From an uncultured Desulfovibrio sp. (GTDB lineage Bacteria > Desulfobacterota > Desulfovibrionia > Desulfovibrionales > Desulfovibrionaceae), in NCBI GenBank assembly GCA_902783285.1, contig CACZQM010000080.1, positions 11,872-75,871 on the forward strand: 64,000 nucleotides of DNA, written 5' to 3'. The notes below the pieces were generated by a model. It had not been told where the DNA came from, did no database searches, and saw nothing but the letters and a program-made list of their open reading frames with translations. Positions within the stretch are counted from its first letter, which is position 1. The number at the start of each line of letters is the position of its first letter. This document shows positions 51,003 through 61,155 of this stretch, one piece after another. Both the position numbers and the translations under genes were made by a program.

Positions 51003-53407
51003 ACATCCTTGAGAAGATATATTCATCCATCACCTACTGTGACGGAGGCATGGGCACGCTGCTGCAGGCCCGTGGGCTCAGGCCCGGCGAGATGCCGGAG
51101 CGCTGGGGCGTGGCGCGCGCCGACGACATCGTCGAGATCCATGCCCGATACCTTGCCGCAGGCTGCCATGTGATAACGACGAATACGTTTGGCGCCAACC
51201 TCGCCAAGTATTCCCTGGATGAACTGAAAAAGATCATCCCCGCCGGCATACGCAACGTGCGCCGTGCCATGCGCGATTTTTCAGGCGACAGGTATGTCGC
51301 CTTCGATATCGGCCCCACGGGAAAACTGCTCAGGCCCCTGGGGGACCTCCCTTTTGAGGAGGCCGTGGGCATCTTTGCCGAAAGCGTGAAGATCGCCGCC
51401 GCCTGCGATCCCGACCTCATCCTGATCGAGACCATGAACGATTCCTATGAGGCCAAGGCGGCCGTGATCGCGGCCAAGGAGAACTGCGACCTCCCCGTCT
51501 TCGTGACAACGGTCTATGACGAGCGCGGCAAGCTCATGACAGGCGCGGACCCGGCCGCCATGGTCGCCATGCTGGAAGGGCTGGGAGTGGATGCGCTTGG
51601 GATGAACTGCTCGCTTGGACCGGACCAGATGAAGGATATCGTGCCGCAGATCGTGGCGGAAGCAAGCGTTCCCGTGATCGTCAACCCCAATGCCGGACTG
51701 CCGAGGACGGAAGGCGGCAGGACAGTGTTCAGTGTGGGCGCGTCCCATTTTGCGGAAACGATGGTCGGCATCGTGAAGTCCGGCGCGACCATCGTCGGCG
51801 GCTGCTGCGGGACCACGCCGGATTATATGCGGCGCCTTGTGGAGGAAACGAGCCGCCTGCCTTTTAACGCCCCAAGAAAGAAAAGCCATACGGTCGTTTC
51901 CTCCTATACGCACGCCGTGCGGGTGGGAGAAGCGCCGGTGCTCATCGGCGAACGGATCAATCCCACGGGCAAGAAACGCTTCAAGCAGGCGCTGCGGGAT
52001 GGCGACATCGACTACATCCTCGGCGAGGGCGTCGCCCAGCAGGACGCCGGCGCGCATATCCTCGATGTCAACGTCGGGCTGCCCGAGATCGATGAGCCTT
52101 CCATGATGGAGGACGTCGTCCGTGAACTGCAGGCTGTGACCGACCTTCCCCTCCAGCTCGACACCGTCAACGGCGAGGCCATGGAGCGCGCCATGCGCGC
52201 CTACAACGGCAAGCCCATGGTCAATTCCGTCAACGGCAAGCCGGAAAGCATGGCCGTGATGTTCCCGCTGGTGAAGAAATACGGGGGGGTGCTCATCGCG
52301 CTGACCATCGGGGAGCAGGGCATACCCGATACGGCGGAGGGCCGCCTGGCTATCGCCGCGGACATCGTGGCAAAGGCTGAGGCGCAGGGCATCGCGAGGC
52401 GGGACATCATCGTGGATCCGCTTGCCATGGCGGTTTCCTCCGACCCCAGGAGCGCCCTGGTCACCCTGGACAGCATACGACTCATCGAATCCACCCTTGG
52501 CGTGCATACCAGCTTGGGCGTCTCCAATATTTCTTTCGGGCTGCCAGCGCGCGATATGGTGACCGCCACGTTTTTTGCGCTGGCACTGCAAAACGGCTTG
52601 GACTGTGCCATCATGAATCCGTTTTCAGGAGAGATGCAAAAGATCGTCCATGCCTACCGCGTCCTGAAGGACCTTGATGAAAACTGCGCAGGTTACATCG
52701 CCTTTGCCTCAAGCCAGGCTGCCGCCGCGCAACCGGCACAGGCGGCAGCCGTGCCCCCGCCGTCTGCAGGCGTTTCCCAGGAGGGCACGAGCCCGCTCAT
52801 GCACGCCATCATCAAGGGACTCAAAGAAAAGGCGGGATCCCTGGCCGCGGCAATGGTCAGTGAACGCGCTCCGCTCGAGGTCGTCAATGCGGAGATCATC
52901 CCGGCCCTCGATATCGTCGGCCAGGGCTTTGAGGCAAAAACCGTCTTCCTGCCCCAGCTCCTGATGAGTGCGGAAGCCGCAAAAATGGCGTTTGAAGCCG
53001 TGAAAAGCGCACTGGCTTCTTCCGGCGGCGGGGCAGACAAGGGGAAGGTCATCCTCGCCACGGTGAAGGGCGACATCCATGATATCGGCAAGAACATCGT
53101 CAAGGTGCTTCTCAGCAACTACGGTTTCCAGGTCCTCGACCTGGGCAAGGACGTGGCGCCGGAAACCATATGCGAATGCGCGCTGAAGCACGACATACGC
53201 CTTGTCGGCCTGTCCGCCCTCATGACGACCACCGTCCCGGCAATGGAAGAAACGATCCGCCTGCTGCGGGAATCGGGCTCGCGGGCAAAGGTCGTTGTCG
53301 GAGGGGCCGTGCTCACGCAGGAATACGCCGACATGATCCATGCTGACAAATACTGCCGGGACGCTATGGAAACTGTCCGCTACGCTGAAGAGGTGTTTTC
53401 TTCTTAG
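50999..53407 (+). CDS. metH: B12-dependent methionine synthase core (homocysteine, pterin and cobalamin domains; no AdoMet domain)
   Basis: [41 protein letters not shown] (DxHxxG) and LSALMTTT. Confidence 0.9.
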   Translation: MNILEKIYSSITYCDGGMGTLLQARGLRPGEMPERWGVARADDIVEIHARYLAAGCHVITTNTFGANLAKYSLDELKKIIPAGIRNVRRAMRDFSGDRYVAFDIGPTGKLLRPLGDLPFEEAVGIFAESVKIAAACDPDLILIETMNDSYEAKAAVIAAKENCDLPVFVTTVYDERGKLMTGADPAAMVAMLEGLGVDALGMNCSLGPDQMKDIVPQIVAEASVPVIVNPNAGLPRTEGGRTVFSVGASHFAETMVGIVKSGATIVGGCCGTTPDYMRRLVEETSRLPFNAPRKKSHTVVSSYTHAVRVGEAPVLIGERINPTGKKRFKQALRDGDIDYILGEGVAQQDAGAHILDVNVGLPEIDEPSMMEDVVRELQAVTDLPLQLDTVNGEAMERAMRAYNGKPMVNSVNGKPESMAVMFPLVKKYGGVLIALTIGEQGIPDTAEGRLAIAADIVAKAEAQGIARRDIIVDPLAMAVSSDPRSALVTLDSIRLIESTLGVHTSLGVSNISFGLPARDMVTATFFALALQNGLDCAIMNPFSGEMQKIVHAYRVLKDLDENCAGYIAFASSQAAAAQPAQAAAVPPPSAGVSQEGTSPLMHAIIKGLKEKAGSLAAAMVSERAPLEVVNAEIIPALDIVGQGFEAKTVFLPQLLMSAEAAKMAFEAVKSALASSGGGADKGKVILATVKGDIHDIGKNIVKVLLSNYGFQVLDLGKDVAPETICECALKHDIRLVGLSALMTTTVPAMEETIRLLRESGSRAKVVVGGAVLTQEYADMIHADKYCRDAMETVRYAEEVFSS

Positions 53408-53592
53408 CATGCATCCTCTGCGACTGCGGTCGTCCCCATGCGTTGCGAACGCACCGCGCAGGCATGGACGTGGAGATCACGGCAACAGGAGCGGGAGCAG
53501 CGGCAGATGGCAGGACCGGCAACTTTTTTCAGGCTGCGGCCTTCCATTTTGCCTGCCCGTGCCTATCTTTTGACGATGCAAGGAGGAATGCG

Positions 53593-54909
<1,317 letters not shown>

Positions 54910-55248
54910 CGCCTGCGGCTGCCGAGGCGTCACGGACATCATCGATCGAGGACCTCCCTGCACGGAACGGCGTTTCCTACCATGAGGGGCAGGGGAGGCC
55001 TGGCATGAAGCATGGCCGGGCTTGCGGTGTCCGGCTTGCATGTGCATGCCTGTCATTTATCCATGAACGCGGCCGGCGATCCGGCAGCGCCCGTTCGCCC
55101 ATGCAAAACTCCCGGATCCATGCCAGCACGGCTATTATCTATATATTTAAAGTTATACTTTAATGATATGGGTGATACGCGAACAATAACTGGGCAGTGC
55201 GGTGCGGACGCCCTCCATTCTTTTGCCTGGCAGCCGGCACAGGCAGGG

Positions 55249-55800
55249 TCACTTGCGATGCGTGACGCGATGTGTGACGCGATGCTTGCTGTGATGCGTC
55301 GCGTGAGGCTGCGCTGCGCGTTCGCGATGCTGCGGATGCGGATATTTCTGGCTGTACCATTCTGGCAGCTGGATGATCTCAAGGGAGACAGGGGCGATCC
55401 CGGCACGGACCATGTTGAGTTCGCGGGCGGCCCCTTTGGAAAGGTCGATGATAAAACGCGTGGAGAGGGGGCCCCTGTCCGTAACGCGGACCATGACCTG
55501 TTTCTTGTTCCTGAGGTTGGTCACCTTGAGCACCGTGCCGAAGGGGAGCGATCGATGAGCTGCCGTGAGCTTGTTGCAGTCAAAGCGCTCTCCGCTGGAT
55601 GTCTTGTTTCCGTGGAGCCGATCGCCATACCATGCTGCCAATCCTGTGAGGACGTCGCTGGTATGGTATGTCGTTTTTGATTCTCCTTCGAGATAAACGT
55701 AGTTTTGTCTTTTTTCCTGCTTCGCCACGGCATCGTCCGGCGCAGCCAGAAGAACAGCTGCAGCCAACGTGCATAAGCACCAGTAGAGGCAATGTTTCAT
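55249..55800 (-). CDS. rlpA: Septal-ring lytic transglycosylase RlpA-family protein (DPBB domain)
   Basis: GLAAWYG...KTSSGE.F...LTAAHRSLPFGT...VRVTDRGP...IIDLS. His/Arg-rich tail, no SPOR domain. Confidence 0.88.
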   Translation of the reverse strand: MKHCLYWCLCTLAAAVLLAAPDDAVAKQEKRQNYVYLEGESKTTYHTSDVLTGLAAWYGDRLHGNKTSSGERFDCNKLTAAHRSLPFGTVLKVTNLRNKKQVMVRVTDRGPLSTRFIIDLSKGAARELNMVRAGIAPVSLEIIQLPEWYSQKYPHPQHRERAAQPHATHHSKHRVTHRVTHRK

Positions 55801-56570
55801 AGCGATCCTTTCAGGGTTAGAGGAAGGATTCCTTTTTTCAGGAGTGTCTTGACGACCGCTTCGGCCAGCAAGCGGTTGCCTTCCGGTGCCACATGGACGC
55901 CGTCCGCGGCACGGAGGGGAACGGGGTAGATCTCCGGGCTGTTATGCCAGTAGCGCTGGTATTTGCCGCTGCCGTCTGCAAGATGATGCCACAGATCGAT
56001 GAAGAGCACATGGTCCTGCACGCATGTTTTCCGTATGATGCCATTGACATACTCAACGCCGGTGCGGAGTTTTTCGCGGCCCATGATCGGCGGGGAAACG
56101 AACACCACTTCGGCACCCGCATCCTTGGCGATCCCGATCAGCGTGAGGATGCGCCGCCTGTATTCCCTTTCCCATGCATGAGAGCGGAATTCAAGGACGC
56201 CGTGCCCTGTCCTGATATGCTGAGTGTCATTCGTGCCGATGCAGATCAGAATGAGTTTCGGGTGGTATCTTGCCGTAAAACCATGGAGCCTGGCCGGCCA
56301 GTTGTAGAAGTCCGGCCTGCACAGGCCCGAAGAGACCTTTCCTTCCTGCACATAGCGGTAATGGAGGGCGTGTTCCCTGAGCAAAAAGCCGTCCGGAGCC
56401 CTTAACCGACCCGTCTGCATCAGCTTCTGGATGGCTGGCCCCATGCCTGCCATGATGGAATCGCCTGCGAAAAGGATCGTTTCCGTTGGAGCAATCGGCG
56501 TCCTGTGCCTCGTGGAACACGCGACGACGACCACCATTGCAGCAAGCAAGAGGAGGACGAATTTTTTCAA
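55797..56570 (-). CDS. DUF459/SGNH-GDSL lipoprotein (O-acetyltransferase partner)
   Basis: TTG start with GAGGA RBS gives a lipobox (MKKFVLLLLAAMVVVVAC). AGDSI, GTND and DGVH catalytic blocks. Confidence 0.82.
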   Translation of the reverse strand: MKKFVLLLLAAMVVVVACSTRHRTPIAPTETILFAGDSIMAGMGPAIQKLMQTGRLRAPDGFLLREHALHYRYVQEGKVSSGLCRPDFYNWPARLHGFTARYHPKLILICIGTNDTQHIRTGHGVLEFRSHAWEREYRRRILTLIGIAKDAGAEVVFVSPPIMGREKLRTGVEYVNGIIRKTCVQDHVLFIDLWHHLADGSGKYQRYWHNSPEIYPVPLRAADGVHVAPEGNRLLAEAVVKTLLKKGILPLTLKGSL

Positions 56571-56574
56571 AATC

Positions 56575-58236
56575 TCAGTCCTCTTTTTCGCGTTGAGAAG
56601 GTTTGTCCATCGTTTCCCTGTATTCGACATATTGGCGAATATAGGGCATCACTTCGTCGAGCACAAGCAGCATGCCGTCTGCAGCTATGTGGCACTTGTC
56701 CTTCTTGCGCAGGCGAAGCTTTTTCCCGTTGGCGTCCATCCTGTATGCCTGATACTCACCATGTTCATCAGCGAGCGTTTTCAACGTGCTGACATAAACG
56801 GTGCCCTTGTTCGCACATGCTTCTTCATGCAGGCGCGAGATAATGGGTATGCCCGTCTTGAAAGGTTCGTGCGTCATCACGGGCAGGCCGATCCAGATGG
56901 GCATCACGTTGCTTTCAAGGGCCGTGTCCAGAAGGGCTTCAGCGCGCTCGCGGTATTTGTTTTCCCAGCTCTTGGATTTATATGCCAGGATCTTCTTGTC
57001 TTCAACGATGCCCATCATGTCGTTGGCGCCAAGCAGGATGAGCACGATGTCAGGCTTGTATTTCTCTATGCCTTCAGCCAGTTTCTCCTTCCAGTCCCAG
57101 TCCTTCACAGAGGTGAGACCCGTCGAGTAGCGGGCGATGGAATGGAAGATGATGCCTGATTTCCTGTAGTAGGACCCACGCCCAACGGAAAGCGTCATTT
57201 CTTCCATGAAGGAATCGCCGGCCAGGAGCACGGTATAGCTTTTGGAAAGCGGCTTTTCGAACATGACTTTGCTTTCTGTCCTGCGCTTGTATTCCTGTGC
57301 AGGACTTTCAATGTGCGCATAATACGTCGTTTTCAGCAGGTCAGAGATCGTAGAGGGTCCATCTCCGCCTTCGCTTCCATCTTTCAACGTGGTGCTTCCG
57401 TCTCCAGCGGGGGCGGTGTGTCCGTCCCGGGCATCGCCAGCATGCGGGAGAGGCACGGTTCCGGGATCTTTCTGCTGGAGCATGAGTTCTCGCAACGCTT
57501 TCGCTGCCGGATCGCTTTCCGGGGCCGGGGAGCTGCCGTGGCCGTTTTGGGGATCCAGTTCCTGCGGTGGCTCGGGAAGTGTTTCGTGGGGCTCCGGGCT
57601 TCCATCATGGTATTTCACGCCTGTTTCCGGCAGGCCTGTGCCGGCACCTGCATCCTGTGCCGCCGGTCCGGTGTGGTTATCGGCCAGCTGCTGACCAGCG
57701 GCATGGGAGGAGCCGCCGGCTGCAGATGATTTGTCATCTTTTCCTTCTGCCGGGGAGCTGCCCCGTGTTTCGCCGTACGGGACCAGGTCTTTTGCTCCAT
57801 GCTCCTGGTCATGGTCCCCGGAAGGATGATCAGGCGTTGCCGACATCGGTCCCGTGCCCGTAGCGCTCGGAGCAGGGCAGGGCCTTGCTTCTGCCGCCAT
57901 GCCCTCCTGCGGGGCCTGGGGCGGCGTCGCGCCGGTAGAGAGGTCTTCATGGCTGCCATGCTGATCCTTCAGGGGGGGGGCAGCATCCTCCATGCGCATG
58001 GCGGTAAGGTGTTCAGCGACATCGATGTCCCGGTAGATGGCTTTAAGGCTGCGGATGCTCTCGTGCATGCCGGCAAGCCCGCTTTTTTTGCCCAGGGAGG
58101 ACAGAGGATCCGCAAGCGGTGCTGGGACGCCCCGCTGCTTCCAGCTTTCTGCCAGGGATTCTGCGTCAAACAGGGCATATGCCCCCATGGCGATAAGCAG
58201 TTGGATCACGATGCGTATGTTTGTTTTGGCATTCAT
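56575..58236 (-). CDS. DUF459/SGNH-GDSL protein with membrane anchor and long low-complexity linker
   Basis: N-terminal hydrophobic helix. AGDSFM, STGL, GANDM and DKCH blocks in the C-terminal about 230 aa. Confidence 0.82.
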   Translation of the reverse strand: MNAKTNIRIVIQLLIAMGAYALFDAESLAESWKQRGVPAPLADPLSSLGKKSGLAGMHESIRSLKAIYRDIDVAEHLTAMRMEDAAPPLKDQHGSHEDLSTGATPPQAPQEGMAAEARPCPAPSATGTGPMSATPDHPSGDHDQEHGAKDLVPYGETRGSSPAEGKDDKSSAAGGSSHAAGQQLADNHTGPAAQDAGAGTGLPETGVKYHDGSPEPHETLPEPPQELDPQNGHGSSPAPESDPAAKALRELMLQQKDPGTVPLPHAGDARDGHTAPAGDGSTTLKDGSEGGDGPSTISDLLKTTYYAHIESPAQEYKRRTESKVMFEKPLSKSYTVLLAGDSFMEEMTLSVGRGSYYRKSGIIFHSIARYSTGLTSVKDWDWKEKLAEGIEKYKPDIVLILLGANDMMGIVEDKKILAYKSKSWENKYRERAEALLDTALESNVMPIWIGLPVMTHEPFKTGIPIISRLHEEACANKGTVYVSTLKTLADEHGEYQAYRMDANGKKLRLRKKDKCHIAADGMLLVLDEVMPYIRQYVEYRETMDKPSQREKED

Positions 58237-58238
58237 GT

Positions 58239-59645
58239 TTAAAATCCGAAATAAATGAAAGGAAGCGTTCCTTCAGGTCCCAGCGCCATGATGATCATGC
58301 CGAGCAGGCCGGCAACGAGCGCCTGGAGCAGCCAGTGCATGGGCTTGATCATGCGCAGAAACAACGAAGAACAGGCATGACCGTAACACTGGATGAAGAA
58401 GCAGGCGGCAACGGACGCAACAGCCAGCAAAGGGCAGCCGCTTCCGGCGTTGCTGAAGGCAAAGAGCTGTTTGAAAATAGCCAGGACGATGGATATGTCA
58501 TCGGCGCGGAAGAGGACCCAGAGTGCTGCAACGACATGGAAGGTGAGCATCCATGAGAGGGCGCGCCACAGGAAACCATGGGATATTTCCTTGAAAAATT
58601 TAGATAAAACACGGTGGGCAACAAGCCCTGCGCCATGCAGGCCGCCCCATAGGACAAATGTCCATGCACTGCCGTGCCACAGGCCGCCGAGGATCATCGT
58701 CAGCATCAGGTTGACATAGGTGTTGCCGCGCCGGCTGCCGCCCAGGGGGATATAAACATAGTCGCGCAGCCATGAAGAAAGCGTTATGTGCCACCGGCGC
58801 CAGAAGTCCTGGATAGACAGGGCAAGGTAGGGATCTTTAAAGTTTTGCGGCAGGTTGAAGCCCATGAGCCTTCCTATGCCCATGGCCAGGTCGCTGTAAC
58901 CTGAAAAATCGCAATATATCTGGGCGGCATAGCCATAGATGCCGAGAAGGATGGCCGCCGAGGAACACGCATCGGGCGTGGCGAAGACCTCACGGACGAT
59001 ATGTTCAGAAAGATAGCTTGCGATGATGACTTTCTTTATGAGGCCGCTCAGGATGAGGCACGCAGCCTCGCTGAAGGAATCATCGTCTATGCGCAGATTG
59101 CCGGCCTGCTCGAAAAATACGCCGGCACGCATGATGGGTCCTGCGCATACCGTTGGAAAAAACGACAGGTAGGCCAGGATCTCTGGAAAACTGAAAGGCA
59201 CCTCGATCTTATCTGTATAGCAGTCAGCGATGTAGGAGATGGCCTGGAAGGAGAAAAAGGAAAGGCCCGTTATGTAGACAAAGAAATCACTGTAGCCAAG
59301 CGCGCCAAGCAGGCTGACCTGAAGTCCAGCCAGAGCGGACAGGTCAGAGAACGTGAACAGGAAGAATTCATAGTACTTGAAAAGGCCGAGAAGGGAAAGC
59401 AGCGCGGAAACGCAGAGGATGAGGATCATCCTGCTTTTCCGCTGCGTGAGAAGCCGGCCCCCGGACCATGCGATCAAAGCGGCAAGGAACAGGACGCAGA
59501 TGCCTTTGATGCCCGTGCTGAAATAAAAGACAAGGTTGCACAGGATGAGCGCGGGAATGTAGAACTGCCGTTTGCCGGAGGTGGCAAGGCAAAGCGGAAG
59601 GGCAAAAAGAAAGAAGATGACGAACGACTGTGTGACGAAATTCAT
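58239..59645 (-). CDS. MBOAT O-acyltransferase (AlgI/PatA/DltB family)
   Basis: GLSFFSFQAISY, FFPTVCAGPI, IYCDFSGYSD, DFWRRWHITLSSWLRDYVYIPLGG and GLWHG catalytic His. Confidence 0.94.
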   Translation of the reverse strand: MNFVTQSFVIFFLFALPLCLATSGKRQFYIPALILCNLVFYFSTGIKGICVLFLAALIAWSGGRLLTQRKSRMILILCVSALLSLLGLFKYYEFFLFTFSDLSALAGLQVSLLGALGYSDFFVYITGLSFFSFQAISYIADCYTDKIEVPFSFPEILAYLSFFPTVCAGPIMRAGVFFEQAGNLRIDDDSFSEAACLILSGLIKKVIIASYLSEHIVREVFATPDACSSAAILLGIYGYAAQIYCDFSGYSDLAMGIGRLMGFNLPQNFKDPYLALSIQDFWRRWHITLSSWLRDYVYIPLGGSRRGNTYVNLMLTMILGGLWHGSAWTFVLWGGLHGAGLVAHRVLSKFFKEISHGFLWRALSWMLTFHVVAALWVLFRADDISIVLAIFKQLFAFSNAGSGCPLLAVASVAACFFIQCYGHACSSLFLRMIKPMHWLLQALVAGLLGMIIMALGPEGTLPFIYFGF

Positions 59646-59858
59646 GTATGGCGGCAGCGTGGAGAAAAAACGGTAAAAAGCGGAACGGGAAAGGAAGATG
59701 CTTTTATCCTATTGCGAAAAAAAAGTAAAATGGCACTGTGCCGGCTGGCCTGAGAGGAAAAGCGGATACCGTGGAACAGCCGGATCCTTGGCCCATCAGG
59801 GAAAAACCGGCAGATCCGGGCCATGGTCCATTTTTTACAGGATCGTAAAGCAGGACAT

Positions 59859-59886
59859 TTGTCCCATAATGTAAATTATGTAAACT
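59859..59886 (+). other. dif: dif site (XerC/XerD chromosome dimer resolution)
   Basis: TTGTCCCATAA-TGTAAA-TTATGTAAACT has the 11+6+11 layout of E. coli dif (GGTGCGCATAA-TGTATA-TTATGTTAAAT), with CATAA/TTATG inner palindrome. Intergenic, and KOPS orientation flips across it. Confidence 0.88.
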
Positions 59887-59955
59887 TTTATGCCGAAAAC
59901 AGCCGCCCTCTGTCCAAAGGCTTCTGCTTTCGCTGTCTTTATCGCTCGATCGGCG

Positions 59956-61155
59956 TCAGTCCCCTGCCACAAAGGCCCGCAGCAACGATACCGGATGCAT
60001 ACAGCGCTTCTTTGTCCCATGCGTTATCTGGACCTGGCACGTGCCGCACTCTGTCGCGACGACGTCGGCGTTCGATGCATCGATCGTCCTGAACAGGTTT
60101 GCCCCGATCTGCATCGCTATGTCGTATTTTTCCTTCTTGAATCCGTACGTGCCGGATATGCCGCAGCAGCCGGCGTTCGCATTCAGGATCTTGGCTGCAT
60201 CCATTTTCTTCAGGAGTTCCAACCCCGGCATCCCTATGCCGAGAGCCCTCAGATGGCAGGGAGCATGGTAGATTATCTTTTTGGAGGCGCCATGCTTTCC
60301 TGCAGGCAACGCCAGTTCTCCGGATTCGATGCAGGACATGAGGAATTCCTCGGCATTGAGCAGATGCCTGCCCTCGTTTTCAAGATCAGGGAAAAACGCC
60401 GGGATCTCGGCTTTGAACATGAGTTCGCAGCTCGGGCACATGGTCAGCACCGGGATGCCTTCCTTCCGGTATCCTGCCATGATGGCATGATTGCGCAGGA
60501 CGTTTTCTTTTGTTTCCGCGATGAATCCATTCGTATAGAGCGGTGTCCCGCAGCAGCTGAATTTTTCCTGGGATACCACTTTATAGCCTGCCCTGTTAAG
60601 GAGCCAGACAAGATCCATGCCGGCTTCGGGAACATAGTTCTTTATGTAGCATCCCGGATACAGCGCCACGGTTTTTTTAAGGTTTTCCGGCTGTTCGAGT
60701 TTTTTGAACATCGCGAAAAAGTTTTTCGCCGGAAATTTCGGCAGGTCCGCATGCTTGCTGATGCCGATCTTGTCCAGAATGATCTTGCTTGCGGGATTGG
60801 CCATGCCGATATTGGCAAGCGTGTGCGGAAACAAGTTGGCCAGCCTGCTTTCAACGTCCCCATGGGCCAATACCCAGTCTCTGAAAGACGGCCTGTGCGT
60901 TTTCGCTAATTCTGCCCTTGCGAGCATGTTGATGTTGGAAACGGGAACGCCCTGCGGGCATGAGATGTCGCAGTTTTTGCAGTTTGAACAGTAAGACAGG
61001 GAATCATCTTCCCCTTTATTGAGCAGCCGGAAACGCTCTGATGCCGGTCCAAGCATCCTCGGCCCCAGGAATTTGGAGGTCGCTTCAGCTACCGGGCACT
61101 GCACGACGCACGTAGAACAGGCAATGCATTTATCGGTATCATTCGTTTTGTTCAT
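59956..61155 (-). CDS. glpC: Anaerobic glycerol-3-phosphate dehydrogenase subunit C
   Basis: CIACSTC...CP and CSNCKNCDISCP ferredoxin motifs, plus two CCG domains (SCCG, GCCG). Confidence 0.92.
   Translation of the reverse strand: MNKTNDTDKCIACSTCVVQCPVAEATSKFLGPRMLGPASERFRLLNKGEDDSLSYCSNCKNCDISCPQGVPVSNINMLARAELAKTHRPSFRDWVLAHGDVESRLANLFPHTLANIGMANPASKIILDKIGISKHADLPKFPAKNFFAMFKKLEQPENLKKTVALYPGCYIKNYVPEAGMDLVWLLNRAGYKVVSQEKFSCCGTPLYTNGFIAETKENVLRNHAIMAGYRKEGIPVLTMCPSCELMFKAEIPAFFPDLENEGRHLLNAEEFLMSCIESGELALPAGKHGASKKIIYHAPCHLRALGIGMPGLELLKKMDAAKILNANAGCCGISGTYGFKKEKYDIAMQIGANLFRTIDASNADVVATECGTCQVQITHGTKKRCMHPVSLLRAFVAGD

Noticed and set aside
55141-55170. Possible second dif/att site making the O-acetylation module a Xer-integrated element
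   Set aside because: It does not fit the 11-6-11 CATAA/TTATG layout in either orientation.
55262-55310. 12-bp tandem repeat (GTGACGCGATGT) at the rlpA 3' end
   Set aside because: Only about two copies, explained by the coding HRVT-HRVT tail.
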